The notes: generated by a model from the sequence alone, not told the origin. A stretch of 64,000 bases of DNA from an uncultured Methylomirabilota bacterium (GCA_963842855.1 CAWJHW010000004.1:72684-136683); one strand, 5' to 3'. Positions 10,590 through 20,730 are shown, counted from the first letter of the stretch. A program made the numbers and translations.

Positions 10590-10693
10590 CCGTTGGGCCA
10601 TCGCCTGAGCGTCATGGGGGGAGGGGACCGAAGCGCCCGCCCCGGCCTGTGCGTTTCCCCCCAGGCGGGCGGATAGGCGGCGAGACAGAGCGC

Positions 10694-11425
10694 ATGGCCG
10701 AAGCCATGGTGGACGTCCAGGGCCTCACGAAGGTGTTCGGGACGACGCTCGCCCTGGATGCCGTGGATCTGCGGGTGGATCCGGGCGAGGTGGTGGCGCT
10801 GCTCGGGCCCAACGGGGCAGGGAAGACCACGCTCCTGAAGCTTCTGGCCACGGCGATCAGGCCGACGGCCGGGGGTGGGCGCGTGCTGGGCCTGGATCTC
10901 TTGAAGGGGCGCGACGCCATCCGGCGCCGGATCGGGATGATCTCTCACAACCACCACCTGTACGAGGATCTGACCGCCGAGGAGAACCTCGAGTTCGCCT
11001 CGGTGATGCACGGGATGCGCGTGGACGGCGGGCCGATCCGGAAGGCGCTCACCGAGGTGGGGCTGGACGGCCAGGCGCGCTCCAAGGTCCGGACCTTCAG
11101 TACCGGGATGAAGCGCCGGCTGGTGATCGCCAAGATGCTCCTCTTCGAGCCGGATCTCCTGTTCCTGGACGAGCCGCACAACACCCTGGATCAGGCGGCC
11201 ATCGCCCTGCTCAACGGCTACGTGGCCTCGGTGGCGGCGCGGGGCGGGGCGGCGGTCGTGGCGACCCACAACCTGTCCCGGGCGTACGACATGGCGGATC
11301 GCTTCATTCTGATGCGGGACGGGGCGGTGGCGTTGCGCGTCCAGAAGCAGGGACTGAGCGCCGAAGAACTGCGGGATCTGTACGGGCGGCACGCGGAGAA
11401 CGCCGACTCACCTAATGCGGAATGA
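10694..11425 (+). CDS. ccmA: heme exporter ATP-binding protein CcmA
   Basis: Walker A GPNGAGKTT, an ABC signature region, and position ahead of ccmB and ccmC. Start at ATG 10694. The 438-aa track ORF is an artefactual extension. Confidence 0.8.
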   Translation: MAEAMVDVQGLTKVFGTTLALDAVDLRVDPGEVVALLGPNGAGKTTLLKLLATAIRPTAGGGRVLGLDLLKGRDAIRRRIGMISHNHHLYEDLTAEENLEFASVMHGMRVDGGPIRKALTEVGLDGQARSKVRTFSTGMKRRLVIAKMLLFEPDLLFLDEPHNTLDQAAIALLNGYVASVAARGGAAVVATHNLSRAYDMADRFILMRDGAVALRVQKQGLSAEELRDLYGRHAENADSPNAE

Positions 11426-11530
11426 ACTGAAAACCAAGGGCGTACGAACGTACGAGAGTTCGAACGTACGGCGTCCGCTCGCGTACATTCGTACATGCGT
11501 ACGCTCGTACGCAGTTCGTTCGTGGGGTGG
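11426..11530. repeat. intercistronic word-repeat element (CGTACG words)
   Basis: GCGTACGAACGTACGAGAGTTCGAACGTACGG plus GCGTACATTCGTACATGCGTACGCTCGTACGC. The second block is near-identical to 8278-8311. Confidence 0.7.
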
Positions 11531-11560
11531 AATGCAGAGTGAGGGCCGGGAGCGGGCAGC

Positions 11561-12265
11561 ATGAGCGCGCAAGCTGAAGGCATGGTCGTGGGACTGCTCC
11601 GGCGCACGTGGGCGATGACGTGGAAAGACGTCACGGTGGAACTCCGCGCGCGCGAGCGGATCACTGCCATGCTGTTCTTCGCGGCATTGGTGCTGTTCAT
11701 CTTCAACTTCGCTCTGGGCCCCGACCTGGAGAAACTGCGGGAGGTGGCGCCGGGGCTCCTTTGGCTGGCGTTCCTCTTCACCGGGATGCTGGGGCTCGGG
11801 CGCAGCTTCCAGGCCGAGCGGGAGAACGAGTGCTTCGAAGAGCTCCTGCTCACCCCCGGCGACCGCGAGTCCATCTTCTTCGGGAAGCTGGCGGGCAACG
11901 TCCTGTTCATGGTCACCGCCGAGGCGCTGATCCTGCCGCTCTTCGGCATCCTGTACAACCTGGACATCTGGGCCTACCTGCCGTCTTTGGCCCTGGTGGC
12001 GTTCCTCGGGACGCTGGGCTTCTCGACCCTCGGGACGCTGCTGGCGGCGATGACGGCCCACCTCCGGGCGCGGGAGGTGATGCTCCCCCTCCTGCTGTTC
12101 CCCCTGACGGTGCCGGTGATCCTCGGGTCGGTGCGCGCCACCGAGGTGATCCTGGCAGGCGGGCGCCTCGGCGAGGTGAGCCACTGGCTCAAGCTGCTCA
12201 CCGGGTTTGATCTCATCTTCCTGGTGGTCAGCCCCCTGGTGTTCGAATTCGTCCTGGAGGAGTGA
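11561..12265 (+). CDS. ccmB: heme exporter membrane protein CcmB
   Basis: 234-aa polytopic membrane protein located between ccmA and ccmC. CcmB-like N-terminus. Confidence 0.85.
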   Translation: MSAQAEGMVVGLLRRTWAMTWKDVTVELRARERITAMLFFAALVLFIFNFALGPDLEKLREVAPGLLWLAFLFTGMLGLGRSFQAERENECFEELLLTPGDRESIFFGKLAGNVLFMVTAEALILPLFGILYNLDIWAYLPSLALVAFLGTLGFSTLGTLLAAMTAHLRAREVMLPLLLFPLTVPVILGSVRATEVILAGGRLGEVSHWLKLLTGFDLIFLVVSPLVFEFVLEE

Positions 12266-13014
12266 TGGGAGAGAGAACTGTCGCCGCTGCTGTTCCATGG
12301 GCGTCGGAACGAGGGAGAGCGGGTGCCCGACCATCGTTGGCAGCCAAGGCCCTCGGGGCAGCGGCGGTCGTCGTCCTGGCCACCGGCCTGTACTTGGGTC
12401 TGGCGGTGGTGCCGCCGGATGCGGTGCAGGGAGAAGTCCAGCGCATCATGTACCTGCACGTCCCGTCCATCGTGACGGCCTATCTGGCGTTCTTCGTCGT
12501 CTTCTGTTCGAGCATCCTCTACCTGTGGAAGCGGGATCTGCGCTTCGACGCCGTGGCGGTCTCCTCGGCCGAGATCGGCGTGGTCCTCACCGGGATCACG
12601 CTGGCCACCGGCTCCATCTGGGGCAAGTCGACCTGGGGGGTCTGGTGGACCTGGGATGCGCGGCTGACCCTCACGGCGATCCTGTTCACGATCTATGTCG
12701 GGTACCTCATGCTGCGGGCTTTCGCCGAGGAGCCGCAGGCCGGCGCCCGCTACGGGGCGGTCCTGGCCATCATCGGGTTCTTGGACATCCCGCTGAACCA
12801 CCTGGCGGTCCAGTGGTGGCGAACGCTGCACCAGCCCTCCTCGATCCTGCGGCCCGGCGGCCCCTCGGTGGCGTTGGTGATGCTGGTGCCGCTGGCGATC
12901 AACTTTGCGGGGCTCATCCTGCTGTACACCTACCTGCTGCTGGAGCGGATCCGCCTGGAGCGCCTCCGCCACCGGGCGGCCGAAACGCGACTCAAGCGAG
13001 GGCGACGTGGGTAG
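12262..13014 (+). CDS. ccmC: heme exporter protein CcmC
   Basis: Contains the W-rich WGVWWTWDARLT motif (WGxxWxWDxRL) diagnostic of CcmC. 4-nt overlap with ccmB. Confidence 0.9.
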   Translation: MMGERTVAAAVPWASERGRAGARPSLAAKALGAAAVVVLATGLYLGLAVVPPDAVQGEVQRIMYLHVPSIVTAYLAFFVVFCSSILYLWKRDLRFDAVAVSSAEIGVVLTGITLATGSIWGKSTWGVWWTWDARLTLTAILFTIYVGYLMLRAFAEEPQAGARYGAVLAIIGFLDIPLNHLAVQWWRTLHQPSSILRPGGPSVALVMLVPLAINFAGLILLYTYLLLERIRLERLRHRAAETRLKRGRRG

Positions 13015-13153
13015 CTGGGGATTCATCGGGCTGGCATACGGCGTGGGATCGGTGGCGCTCCTCCTGTATCTCATCCTGCTGAAGCGTCGCCTGCGCGACG
13101 CGCGGGATGAGCTGGCCGCCCTGGAAGGGGACGGCGGGCGGGGGACCCGATGA
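13007..13153 (+). CDS. ccmD: small membrane protein, CcmD-like
   Basis: 48-aa single-TM ORF (GSWGFIGLAYGVGSVALLLYLILLKRRL) with a GTG start overlapping the ccmC stop. It sits in the position CcmD normally occupies. Confidence 0.55.
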   Translation: MGSWGFIGLAYGVGSVALLLYLILLKRRLRDARDELAALEGDGGRGTR

Positions 13154-13601
13154 AGGGGCGCAAACTGAAATACGTGGTCGCGGGCCTCATCGTGGTGGGG
13201 GCCCTGCTGGGGTTGATCTACTCCGGCGTGCGGGATTCCATGGTGTACTTCTACACGCCGAGCGAACTCGCGCAGAAGCAGAACGAGCTGCGGGGGAAGG
13301 CGCTGCGCGTCGGGGGCATGGTCGTGGATGGCTCCGTCCGCTGGAATCCGCAGAGCCTCCTGCTCAGCTTCCAGCTCACGGACGGGCAGGGGACGCTGTC
13401 CGTGCGGCACACGGGGACGGCGCCGGACATGTTCAAGGAGGGCGCGGGCGCCGTGGTGGAAGGGACCTGGATGCCCGACGGCTACTTCCGGGCGAGCACC
13501 ATCATGGCCAAGCACTCGGAGGAGTACAAGCCGCCGGCGCACCCGGAGAGCCTGGAAGGCAAGAAGCAGCTGTTCAAGTCCCTTCTGAAAGAGGGCAAGC
13601 A

Positions 13602-13605
<4 letters not shown>
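13150..13605 (+). CDS. ccmE: cytochrome c heme chaperone CcmE
   Basis: N-terminal anchor plus an OB-fold region. C-terminal AKHSEEYKPP carries the H-x3-Y heme-binding motif. Confidence 0.9.
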
Positions 13606-15593
<1,988 letters not shown>

Positions 15594-15626
15594 GTCCCGC
15601 GCTGACGCGGGAGCGCGGAGTCGCTC

Positions 15627-16151
15627 ATGTCCTGGAAGAAAGCGCTGATCCCCCTCGCATGCGTGCCCCTGATCGTCTTGCTGGCCTACGGCTTCCGGAC
15701 CGATCCCAAGGCCATCCCGTCTCCCCTGGTGGAGAAAGCGGCGCCGGGCTTTCGCATCGCCGTCTACGACGGGGACAGTCTTTCCCTGGAGGGGCTCAAG
15801 GGCAAGCCGGTCGTGCTGAACTTCTGGGCCTCGTGGTGCTACCCCGCCTGCTACGAGGAGGCGCCGCTCTTGGAGGCCACCTGGCGGAAGTACCAGAACC
15901 AGGGCCTCATGATGGTGGGCGTGGATATCCAGGACAAGGAGGTCGACGGGCGCGAGTTCATGGCTCGCTTCAACTTCACATTCCCGAACGGCCCCGACCC
16001 GGGGAGCAAGATCTCCATCGACTACGGCGTGTACGGGGTCCCGGAGACCTTCTTCATCGACCGGCAGGGCCGGATCGCCTACAAGCAGGTGGGGGCCCTG
16101 AGCCCCGACGTCATCGAGGAGCAGGCCCGGGCCATCCTGGAGGAAAAGTGA
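15627..16151 (+). CDS. ccmG: thiol:disulfide oxidoreductase CcmG/DsbE with an atypical C-Y-P-A-C site
   Basis: Thioredoxin fold (LNFWASWC...GVYGVPETFFIDRQG). The active-site cysteines are separated by three residues (15837-15851). Confidence 0.8.
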   Translation: MSWKKALIPLACVPLIVLLAYGFRTDPKAIPSPLVEKAAPGFRIAVYDGDSLSLEGLKGKPVVLNFWASWCYPACYEEAPLLEATWRKYQNQGLMMVGVDIQDKEVDGREFMARFNFTFPNGPDPGSKISIDYGVYGVPETFFIDRQGRIAYKQVGALSPDVIEEQARAILEEK

Positions 16152-16152
16152 G

Positions 16153-16710
16153 ATGGGGCTGCGCCGGAGAGGTCGCGTGGCACCAGGGGGCACCGCGGCC
16201 CGCCGTCGAGGGGGATGGGCCCTCGTGGCGCTCGTGTGCGCGGGCCTGCTGATCCCTCTGACGATTCTGGCCGTGGCGCCAAGTCCGCCCAGGGCAGAGG
16301 CTGGATCCTCATCGCCGGACATGGACGAGCGGGTCCGCGACGTCGCCTCGGAGCTGCGCTGCGTGGTCTGCCAGAATCTGTCGGTGGCGGATTCGCCCTC
16401 GGACCTCGCCAAGGAGATGCGCAACCTGATCCGGGAACTCTTGCAGCAGGGGAAGACCCCCGAAGAGATCAAGGCGTATTTCGTGAGCCGGTACGGAGAG
16501 TTCGTCCTGCTAGAGCCGCCCAAGCGGGGTTTCAACCTGCTGGTCTGGGGCCTGCCATTTGCGGCCCTTTTGGTGGGAGCCTGCGGCGTCTACCTGGCGG
16601 CCAAGCGGTGGACCCAGCGGGGGCACCAGGCCGCACCGCCGCTGGACCCCGCTTACGCGGAGCGGGTCCGCCGCGAGATCAAGGAGCGGGAAGGCTCGTC
16701 CGGCTCCTGA
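16153..16710 (+). CDS. ccmH: cytochrome c maturation protein CcmH/NrfF
   Basis: LRCVVCQNLSVADS (LRCxxCQ motif) followed by a TM segment. Confidence 0.8.
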   Translation: MGLRRRGRVAPGGTAARRRGGWALVALVCAGLLIPLTILAVAPSPPRAEAGSSSPDMDERVRDVASELRCVVCQNLSVADSPSDLAKEMRNLIRELLQQGKTPEEIKAYFVSRYGEFVLLEPPKRGFNLLVWGLPFAALLVGACGVYLAAKRWTQRGHQAAPPLDPAYAERVRREIKEREGSSGS

Positions 16711-16790
16711 TCGCCCAATCGGCCATTGGGCGATCTGGCAATCAGGCAATCGGGCAATCGGGGGGAACCGAAAACTCCGGGTTGCCAGTT
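16711..16790. repeat. intercistronic word-repeat element (GGCAATC words) with a 9-bp palindrome
   Basis: TCGCCCAATcggccATTGGGCGA followed by TCTGGCAATCAGGCAATCGGGCAATCGGGG. It starts directly after the ccmH stop. Confidence 0.7.
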
Positions 16791-16806
16791 CTAGGGTGGA
16801 GGCCGA

Positions 16807-17148
16807 ATGGCGGTGGTGATCTCGCTCGGGATCGCGGCAGTGGTGGTCGCGTTCGTGGCGGCCCCGCTCTTCCTGTTGGCGGGGCGTCCCTCGGAGGCGG
16901 AGACGAAAGGGGCTGACCCTTCCGATGGCTTGGCCGATCTTTTGGCAGAGAAAGAGACGATCTACGCGGCCATCCAGGAGCTGGACTTCGACCTCAAGTC
17001 CGGCAAGCTCTCGGCCGAAGACCATGAAGCTCTGCGGCTGCGTCACGAGGCGCAGGCGGCGGCCGTCCTGAAGCGCATAGACGAGCTGCCAGGGACGACC
17101 ACCGCCGAGAGATCCCGCAGCGCCCGGCGGGAGAAGCGGAAGGCATGA
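16807..17148 (+). CDS. CcmI/CycH N-terminal-domain-like small membrane protein
   Basis: 113 aa with one TM and then a helical region (LLAEKETIYAAIQELDFDLKSGKLSAEDHEALR), as in short CcmI-like proteins. 4-nt overlap with the next gene. Confidence 0.5.
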   Translation: MAVVISLGIAAVVVAFVAAPLFLLAGRPSEAETKGADPSDGLADLLAEKETIYAAIQELDFDLKSGKLSAEDHEALRLRHEAQAAAVLKRIDELPGTTTAERSRSARREKRKA

Positions 17149-19364
17149 GGAGCATCCTGGACCAGCTCCGCCAGGCAGGGCTGGATCGCATCCATGCCAA
17201 GCTGCTGGAGGGACGGCGCCTCGACTTCGATGATGGGATGCACCTGTACCAGACGCCCGATCTCACGGCCGTGGGGTACCTGGCGAACCTGGCGCGCGAG
17301 CGGAAGAGCGGCGCCCGGACGTACTTCGTCCGGAACCTCCACGTCAACTACACCAACATCTGCAACAAGCTCTGCAAGTTCTGCTCCTTCTATGCCGCGC
17401 CGAACAGCACCGACGGGCGCGGCTACGTCCTGAGCCCGGAAGAGGCGGCCGCCCGGGTCGCCAAGTACGGCGGGGAGCCGATCCGCGAGATCCACATGGT
17501 CGCGGGGATCAACCCGAAGCTTCCCTACCAGTACTACCTCGACCTCCTGCGGGCCGTGAAGGCGGCGCGGCCCGACGCGCAGATCAAGGCCTTCACCATG
17601 ATCGAGCTGGCCCAGATCGCCCGCGCGGCCAAGCGGTCCCTGGCGGAGGTCCTGCCCGAGCTGAAGGCGGCGGGGCTCACCGCATGCCCCGGGGGCGGCG
17701 CCGAGGTCTTCAGCGATCGCGTCCACGAGGAGCTGTTCCGCGCCAAGCTGGACAACCAGGGCTGGTTCGACGTGGCCCGGGCGGTCCACGCCGCCGGCAT
17801 CCCGAGCAACGCCACGCTCCTGTACGGGCACATCGAGACGCAGGAGGAGAAGGTCCGCCACCTGCTCCACATCCGGGAGCTGCAGGATGCGACCGGCGGG
17901 TTCATGTGCTTCGTGCCCCTGGCCTTCGACCCCAGCCGGACCGAGCTGTCGCATCTTCCCGTCACCACCGGCTACGCCAACCTGCGGGAGATCGCCATGG
18001 CGCGCCTCCTCCTGGACAACTTCCCCCACGTCAAGGCCTTCTGGATCATGATCACGCCGGCCGTAGCCCAGATGGCGCTCTGGTACGGGGCCGACGACAT
18101 CGACGGCACCGTGTCCCACTACGAGATCACCCACGCTCTGGGGACGACCTCGCACCGGCAGGTCCTGGGGACGGCGGAGCTTCTCGACCTCATCGCCGAG
18201 GTGGGGCGCGAGCCGGTGGAGCGCGATGCCCTGTACAATGTGGTAGAAGAGCCGAGAGCCGAGGGCCGAATGCAGCGGGTCATAAGGTCGGCGGATCGCG
18301 GACTGGCGGATGTCGAAGAGAAGATCCTAAACGGGGAGCGCCTGAGCTTCGCGGATGGAGTGCGGCTGTTCCGCGAGGCGAATCCCCTGCAACTCTCCTC
18401 GTGGGCCAACCTCGTCCGCCGGCGCCTCCACCCGGAGGGTCTGGTTACATACGTCATCGGGCGGAACATCAACTACACCAACGTCTGCTGGGTGCAGTGC
18501 AAGTTCTGCAGCTTCTTCCGGCTGCCCGGCGCCGAAGGGGCTTACGTCCTGCCGAGGGAGGCGGTCTTCCGAAAGATTCAGGGGTTGTTGGCGCTGGGCG
18601 GGACCGAGATCCTCATCCAGGGGGGCCTGAATCCGGCGCTGAAGATCGACTATTTCGAGGAGCTGTTCCGCGCCATCAAGGCGCGCTTCCCGATTCACAT
18701 CCACGGGCTGTCGCCGGCCGAGATCATCTACCTGGCTAAGATCTCCAACCTGAGCGAGGGGGACTGTCTCGCGCGCCTCAAGGGCGCTGGAATGGACTCC
18801 ATTCCGGGGGCCGGGGCGGAGATGCTGGTGGACGAGGTGCGCGAGCAGATCGCCCCTCACAAGGACTCCGCGGCGGCGTGGCTCAACCTCATGCGGACGG
18901 CCCACCGGCTCGGCATCCCCTCCACGGTGACCATGATGTACGGGTCGGTGGAGACGGTAGAGCAGCGGGTCGAGCACCTGATCAAGCTGCGCGACCTGCA
19001 GGACGAGACCGGCGGGTTCCGCGCCTTCATCCCCTGGAGCTTCCAGCCCGAGGGGACCCACCTGCCCAACGTCAGGCGCGCCAGCGGGTTCGACTACCTC
19101 CGCACGGTCGCGATCTCGCGGCTGATGCTGGACAACATCAGGAACATCCAGGCGTCCTGGCTGACGCAGGGGCCCAAGATCGGCCAGATCGCCCTCCAGT
19201 ACGGCGTCAACGACATGGGGAGTACGGTCATCGAGGAGAACGTCGTCACGGCCGAGGGGGCGGTCTTCATGGTGCCGCTAGCCGAGATCGAGCGCCTCAT
19301 CCAAGACGCCGGCCTTCGCCCCGCCCGCCGCGACACCCGCTACGAGATTCTAGCCGTCGCCTGA
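17145..19364 (+). CDS. fusion of two MqnE/MqnC-family radical-SAM modules (futalosine menaquinone pathway)
   Basis: 739 aa. Module 1 has NYTNICNKLCKFCSF. Module 2 starts at M376 (ATG 18270) and has NYTNVCWVQCKFCSF. Each module is about 365 aa, which is full length for the family. The junction is a GAGCCGAGAGCCGAGGGCCGA word repeat (18249-18269) with no in-frame stop. Confidence 0.75.
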   Translation: MRSILDQLRQAGLDRIHAKLLEGRRLDFDDGMHLYQTPDLTAVGYLANLARERKSGARTYFVRNLHVNYTNICNKLCKFCSFYAAPNSTDGRGYVLSPEEAAARVAKYGGEPIREIHMVAGINPKLPYQYYLDLLRAVKAARPDAQIKAFTMIELAQIARAAKRSLAEVLPELKAAGLTACPGGGAEVFSDRVHEELFRAKLDNQGWFDVARAVHAAGIPSNATLLYGHIETQEEKVRHLLHIRELQDATGGFMCFVPLAFDPSRTELSHLPVTTGYANLREIAMARLLLDNFPHVKAFWIMITPAVAQMALWYGADDIDGTVSHYEITHALGTTSHRQVLGTAELLDLIAEVGREPVERDALYNVVEEPRAEGRMQRVIRSADRGLADVEEKILNGERLSFADGVRLFREANPLQLSSWANLVRRRLHPEGLVTYVIGRNINYTNVCWVQCKFCSFFRLPGAEGAYVLPREAVFRKIQGLLALGGTEILIQGGLNPALKIDYFEELFRAIKARFPIHIHGLSPAEIIYLAKISNLSEGDCLARLKGAGMDSIPGAGAEMLVDEVREQIAPHKDSAAAWLNLMRTAHRLGIPSTVTMMYGSVETVEQRVEHLIKLRDLQDETGGFRAFIPWSFQPEGTHLPNVRRASGFDYLRTVAISRLMLDNIRNIQASWLTQGPKIGQIALQYGVNDMGSTVIEENVVTAEGAVFMVPLAEIERLIQDAGLRPARRDTRYEILAVA

Positions 19365-19596
19365 CCATGAATCCCGCCCACATGGGGGATCCCCGCAGGG
19401 AATGGTTGGCGCACGTGGCTGTACCTGGTAGCCTGTTCTCGTACGAGGTGGGGGAGAGGGCGGAGGATAGGGGGTGTTGCGTCACGACGCACCATGGGGT
19501 GCCTGCTGTACAGGAGATGAAGGAGGGCCCTTCGGAGCCGCTGTACAGGCAGAGGCTCCAAACCACCCTGAGCTGCTGCAGCCAAAAGCTGTGGTG

Positions 19597-20112
19597 GTGA
19601 GCGTCAGGGGAAAAGGCGTGACGGTGATCATGTCAGGTGGGGGTTGGGGAGACGAGCGCAAGCGAACCACTGCTGACGCATCGAAAGCCTTTAGACGACA
19701 TCAAAACCAGACTCGCACCCTCGGTCTGGGGGCAGCATGGCGGGAACCTGGTTACTGGCCATGTGGTGTCCGGTGTATAGGTGGCGTGACCCCAATCTGG
19801 GCTCCTGTATGGAACGTGAGAACCTTGCCGGTGATGCCAAGGGAAAAGGCCCAAGCGGCGGACCCGCGAGGCCGAAAGTACCGATGCGCTGGCAAGGGGC
19901 GGACTGCCCCGGAGTAGCGTTGAACCAGGGTAACGCCTGGGGAGCGAAGGGGGCAGGTCACTCCACCGATTCCCCCGGGCCAACCGGTAACGGGAGGAGC
20001 TCGCCGGGATCGGCAGAAGGCGGCAGCCTTCGATGAGTGGCACGAGCCGTATGACTGGAGACAGTCACGTACGGATCTGTGAGGGCCTCGGGGTGAAAGT
20101 CCCCGGGGCTAC
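19597..20112 (+). ncRNA. ORF-less group II intron-like ribozyme (5' boundary uncertain, 19470-19600)
   Basis: Domain V is at 20044-20077 (GAGCCGTATGACTGGAGACAGTCACGTACGGATC) with the AGC triad, an AC bulge and a GAGA tetraloop. A domain VI helix follows and the element ends CTAC at 20112. A domain III-like GGGTAACGCC region is at 19912-19953. A GTGAGCG candidate 5' end is at 19597. No RT ORF is present. Confidence 0.6.
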
Positions 20113-20123
20113 TCGGCACCGGC

Positions 20124-20462
20124 ATGCGACGATTGGGCGCGCTGCTTCTGACAATTCTCGTGCTCTCTGGTTCCGTGGCCTACGGCGACGGCTCCTCTCC
20201 TTCCCAGAAATGCATCGCCCCGTTGAAGCAGACCCGGTTTGCGACGCAGTTCCAGCTCGACTCCTACCGGGCTGCTGTAGAGCTTTACCGATCCTGTCTC
20301 GAAGCCTTTGTCAAGGAGCAGGAGCGAGAAATCGAGAACCACCAACGCGCGGTCCAGAGCGCCATCGACGAATGGAATCGCTTCGTGGGGGAGGAAACGA
20401 AAGGGGCTCCCAGCGCTCCGAAGGACAAGGGGGGGCAGCAGGAGGGCGAGTACCGAAACTGA
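20124..20462 (+). CDS. small secreted/periplasmic hypothetical protein
   Basis: 112 aa with signal-peptide-like MRRLGALLLTILVLSGSVAYG followed by a helical, charged region. The ATG lies 12 nt after the intron-like 3' end. Confidence 0.45.
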   Translation: MRRLGALLLTILVLSGSVAYGDGSSPSQKCIAPLKQTRFATQFQLDSYRAAVELYRSCLEAFVKEQEREIENHQRAVQSAIDEWNRFVGEETKGAPSAPKDKGGQQEGEYRN

Positions 20463-20516
20463 TTGGAGGAGGGATTTGTCTTGACAGCGCAGACACGGCC
20501 GGGTCCCCTGTGTTCG

Positions 20517-20576
20517 CAAGACGCCGGCCTTCGCCCCGCCCGCCGCAACACCAAGTACGAACTCCTGCCCGACTGA
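20517..20576 (+). pseudogene. relic 3' end of an MqnC-type gene
   Basis: Encodes QDAGLRPARRNTKYELLPD* against the live C-terminus QDAGLRPARRDTRYEILAVA*. The first 30 nt are identical to 19302-19331. Confidence 0.65.
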
Positions 20577-20641
20577 CCGGATCTTGCTCCCGATGGGAAT
20601 CCTGCCCTGAGTGAGCGGCCCTCCGCGGACGCCGGACCCGT

Positions 20642-20670
20642 TTGACAAGGGCCAGAGATTCGCATACGCT
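20642..20670 (+). promoter_or_regulatory. candidate sigma70-type promoter for rtcB
   Basis: TTGACA (20642-20647), a 17-nt spacer, then TACGCT (20665-20670). It lies about 60 nt upstream of the rtcB ATG. Confidence 0.3.
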
Positions 20671-20730
20671 CCCCGCTAGGCACCGTTCCTCTTCCAGGAC
20701 AGAGGGTCCTGAGACGGGAGGTGATGGAAG

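Noticed and set aside
10109-11425. Long N-terminal extensions in the track: the 438-aa 'CcmA', the 828-aa 'CcmF' (13107..15593), the 611-aa GlnRS, and the 349-aa ORF 49746..50795.
   Set aside because: The conserved protein begins at an internal ATG in each case (10694, 13602, 5948). The upstream codons overlap the preceding gene or intergenic DNA and are compositionally aberrant.
17145-19364. Assignment of the two radical-SAM modules as AhbC/AhbD (alternative heme synthesis), prompted by the nearby siroheme decarboxylase.
   Set aside because: The cluster motif CxxxCxFC within NYTN(I/V)C and the overall length match the CofH/MqnC/MqnE family. No SPASM-type auxiliary Cys cluster is evident. 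HMM confirmation is still needed.
19365-20112. Search for an intron-encoded reverse transcriptase/maturase or any transposase inside the group II intron-like region.
   Set aside because: Only 60-147-aa ORFs with no RT motifs (no YxDD) occur in any frame. The region between the domain III-like and domain V sequences is under 100 nt.
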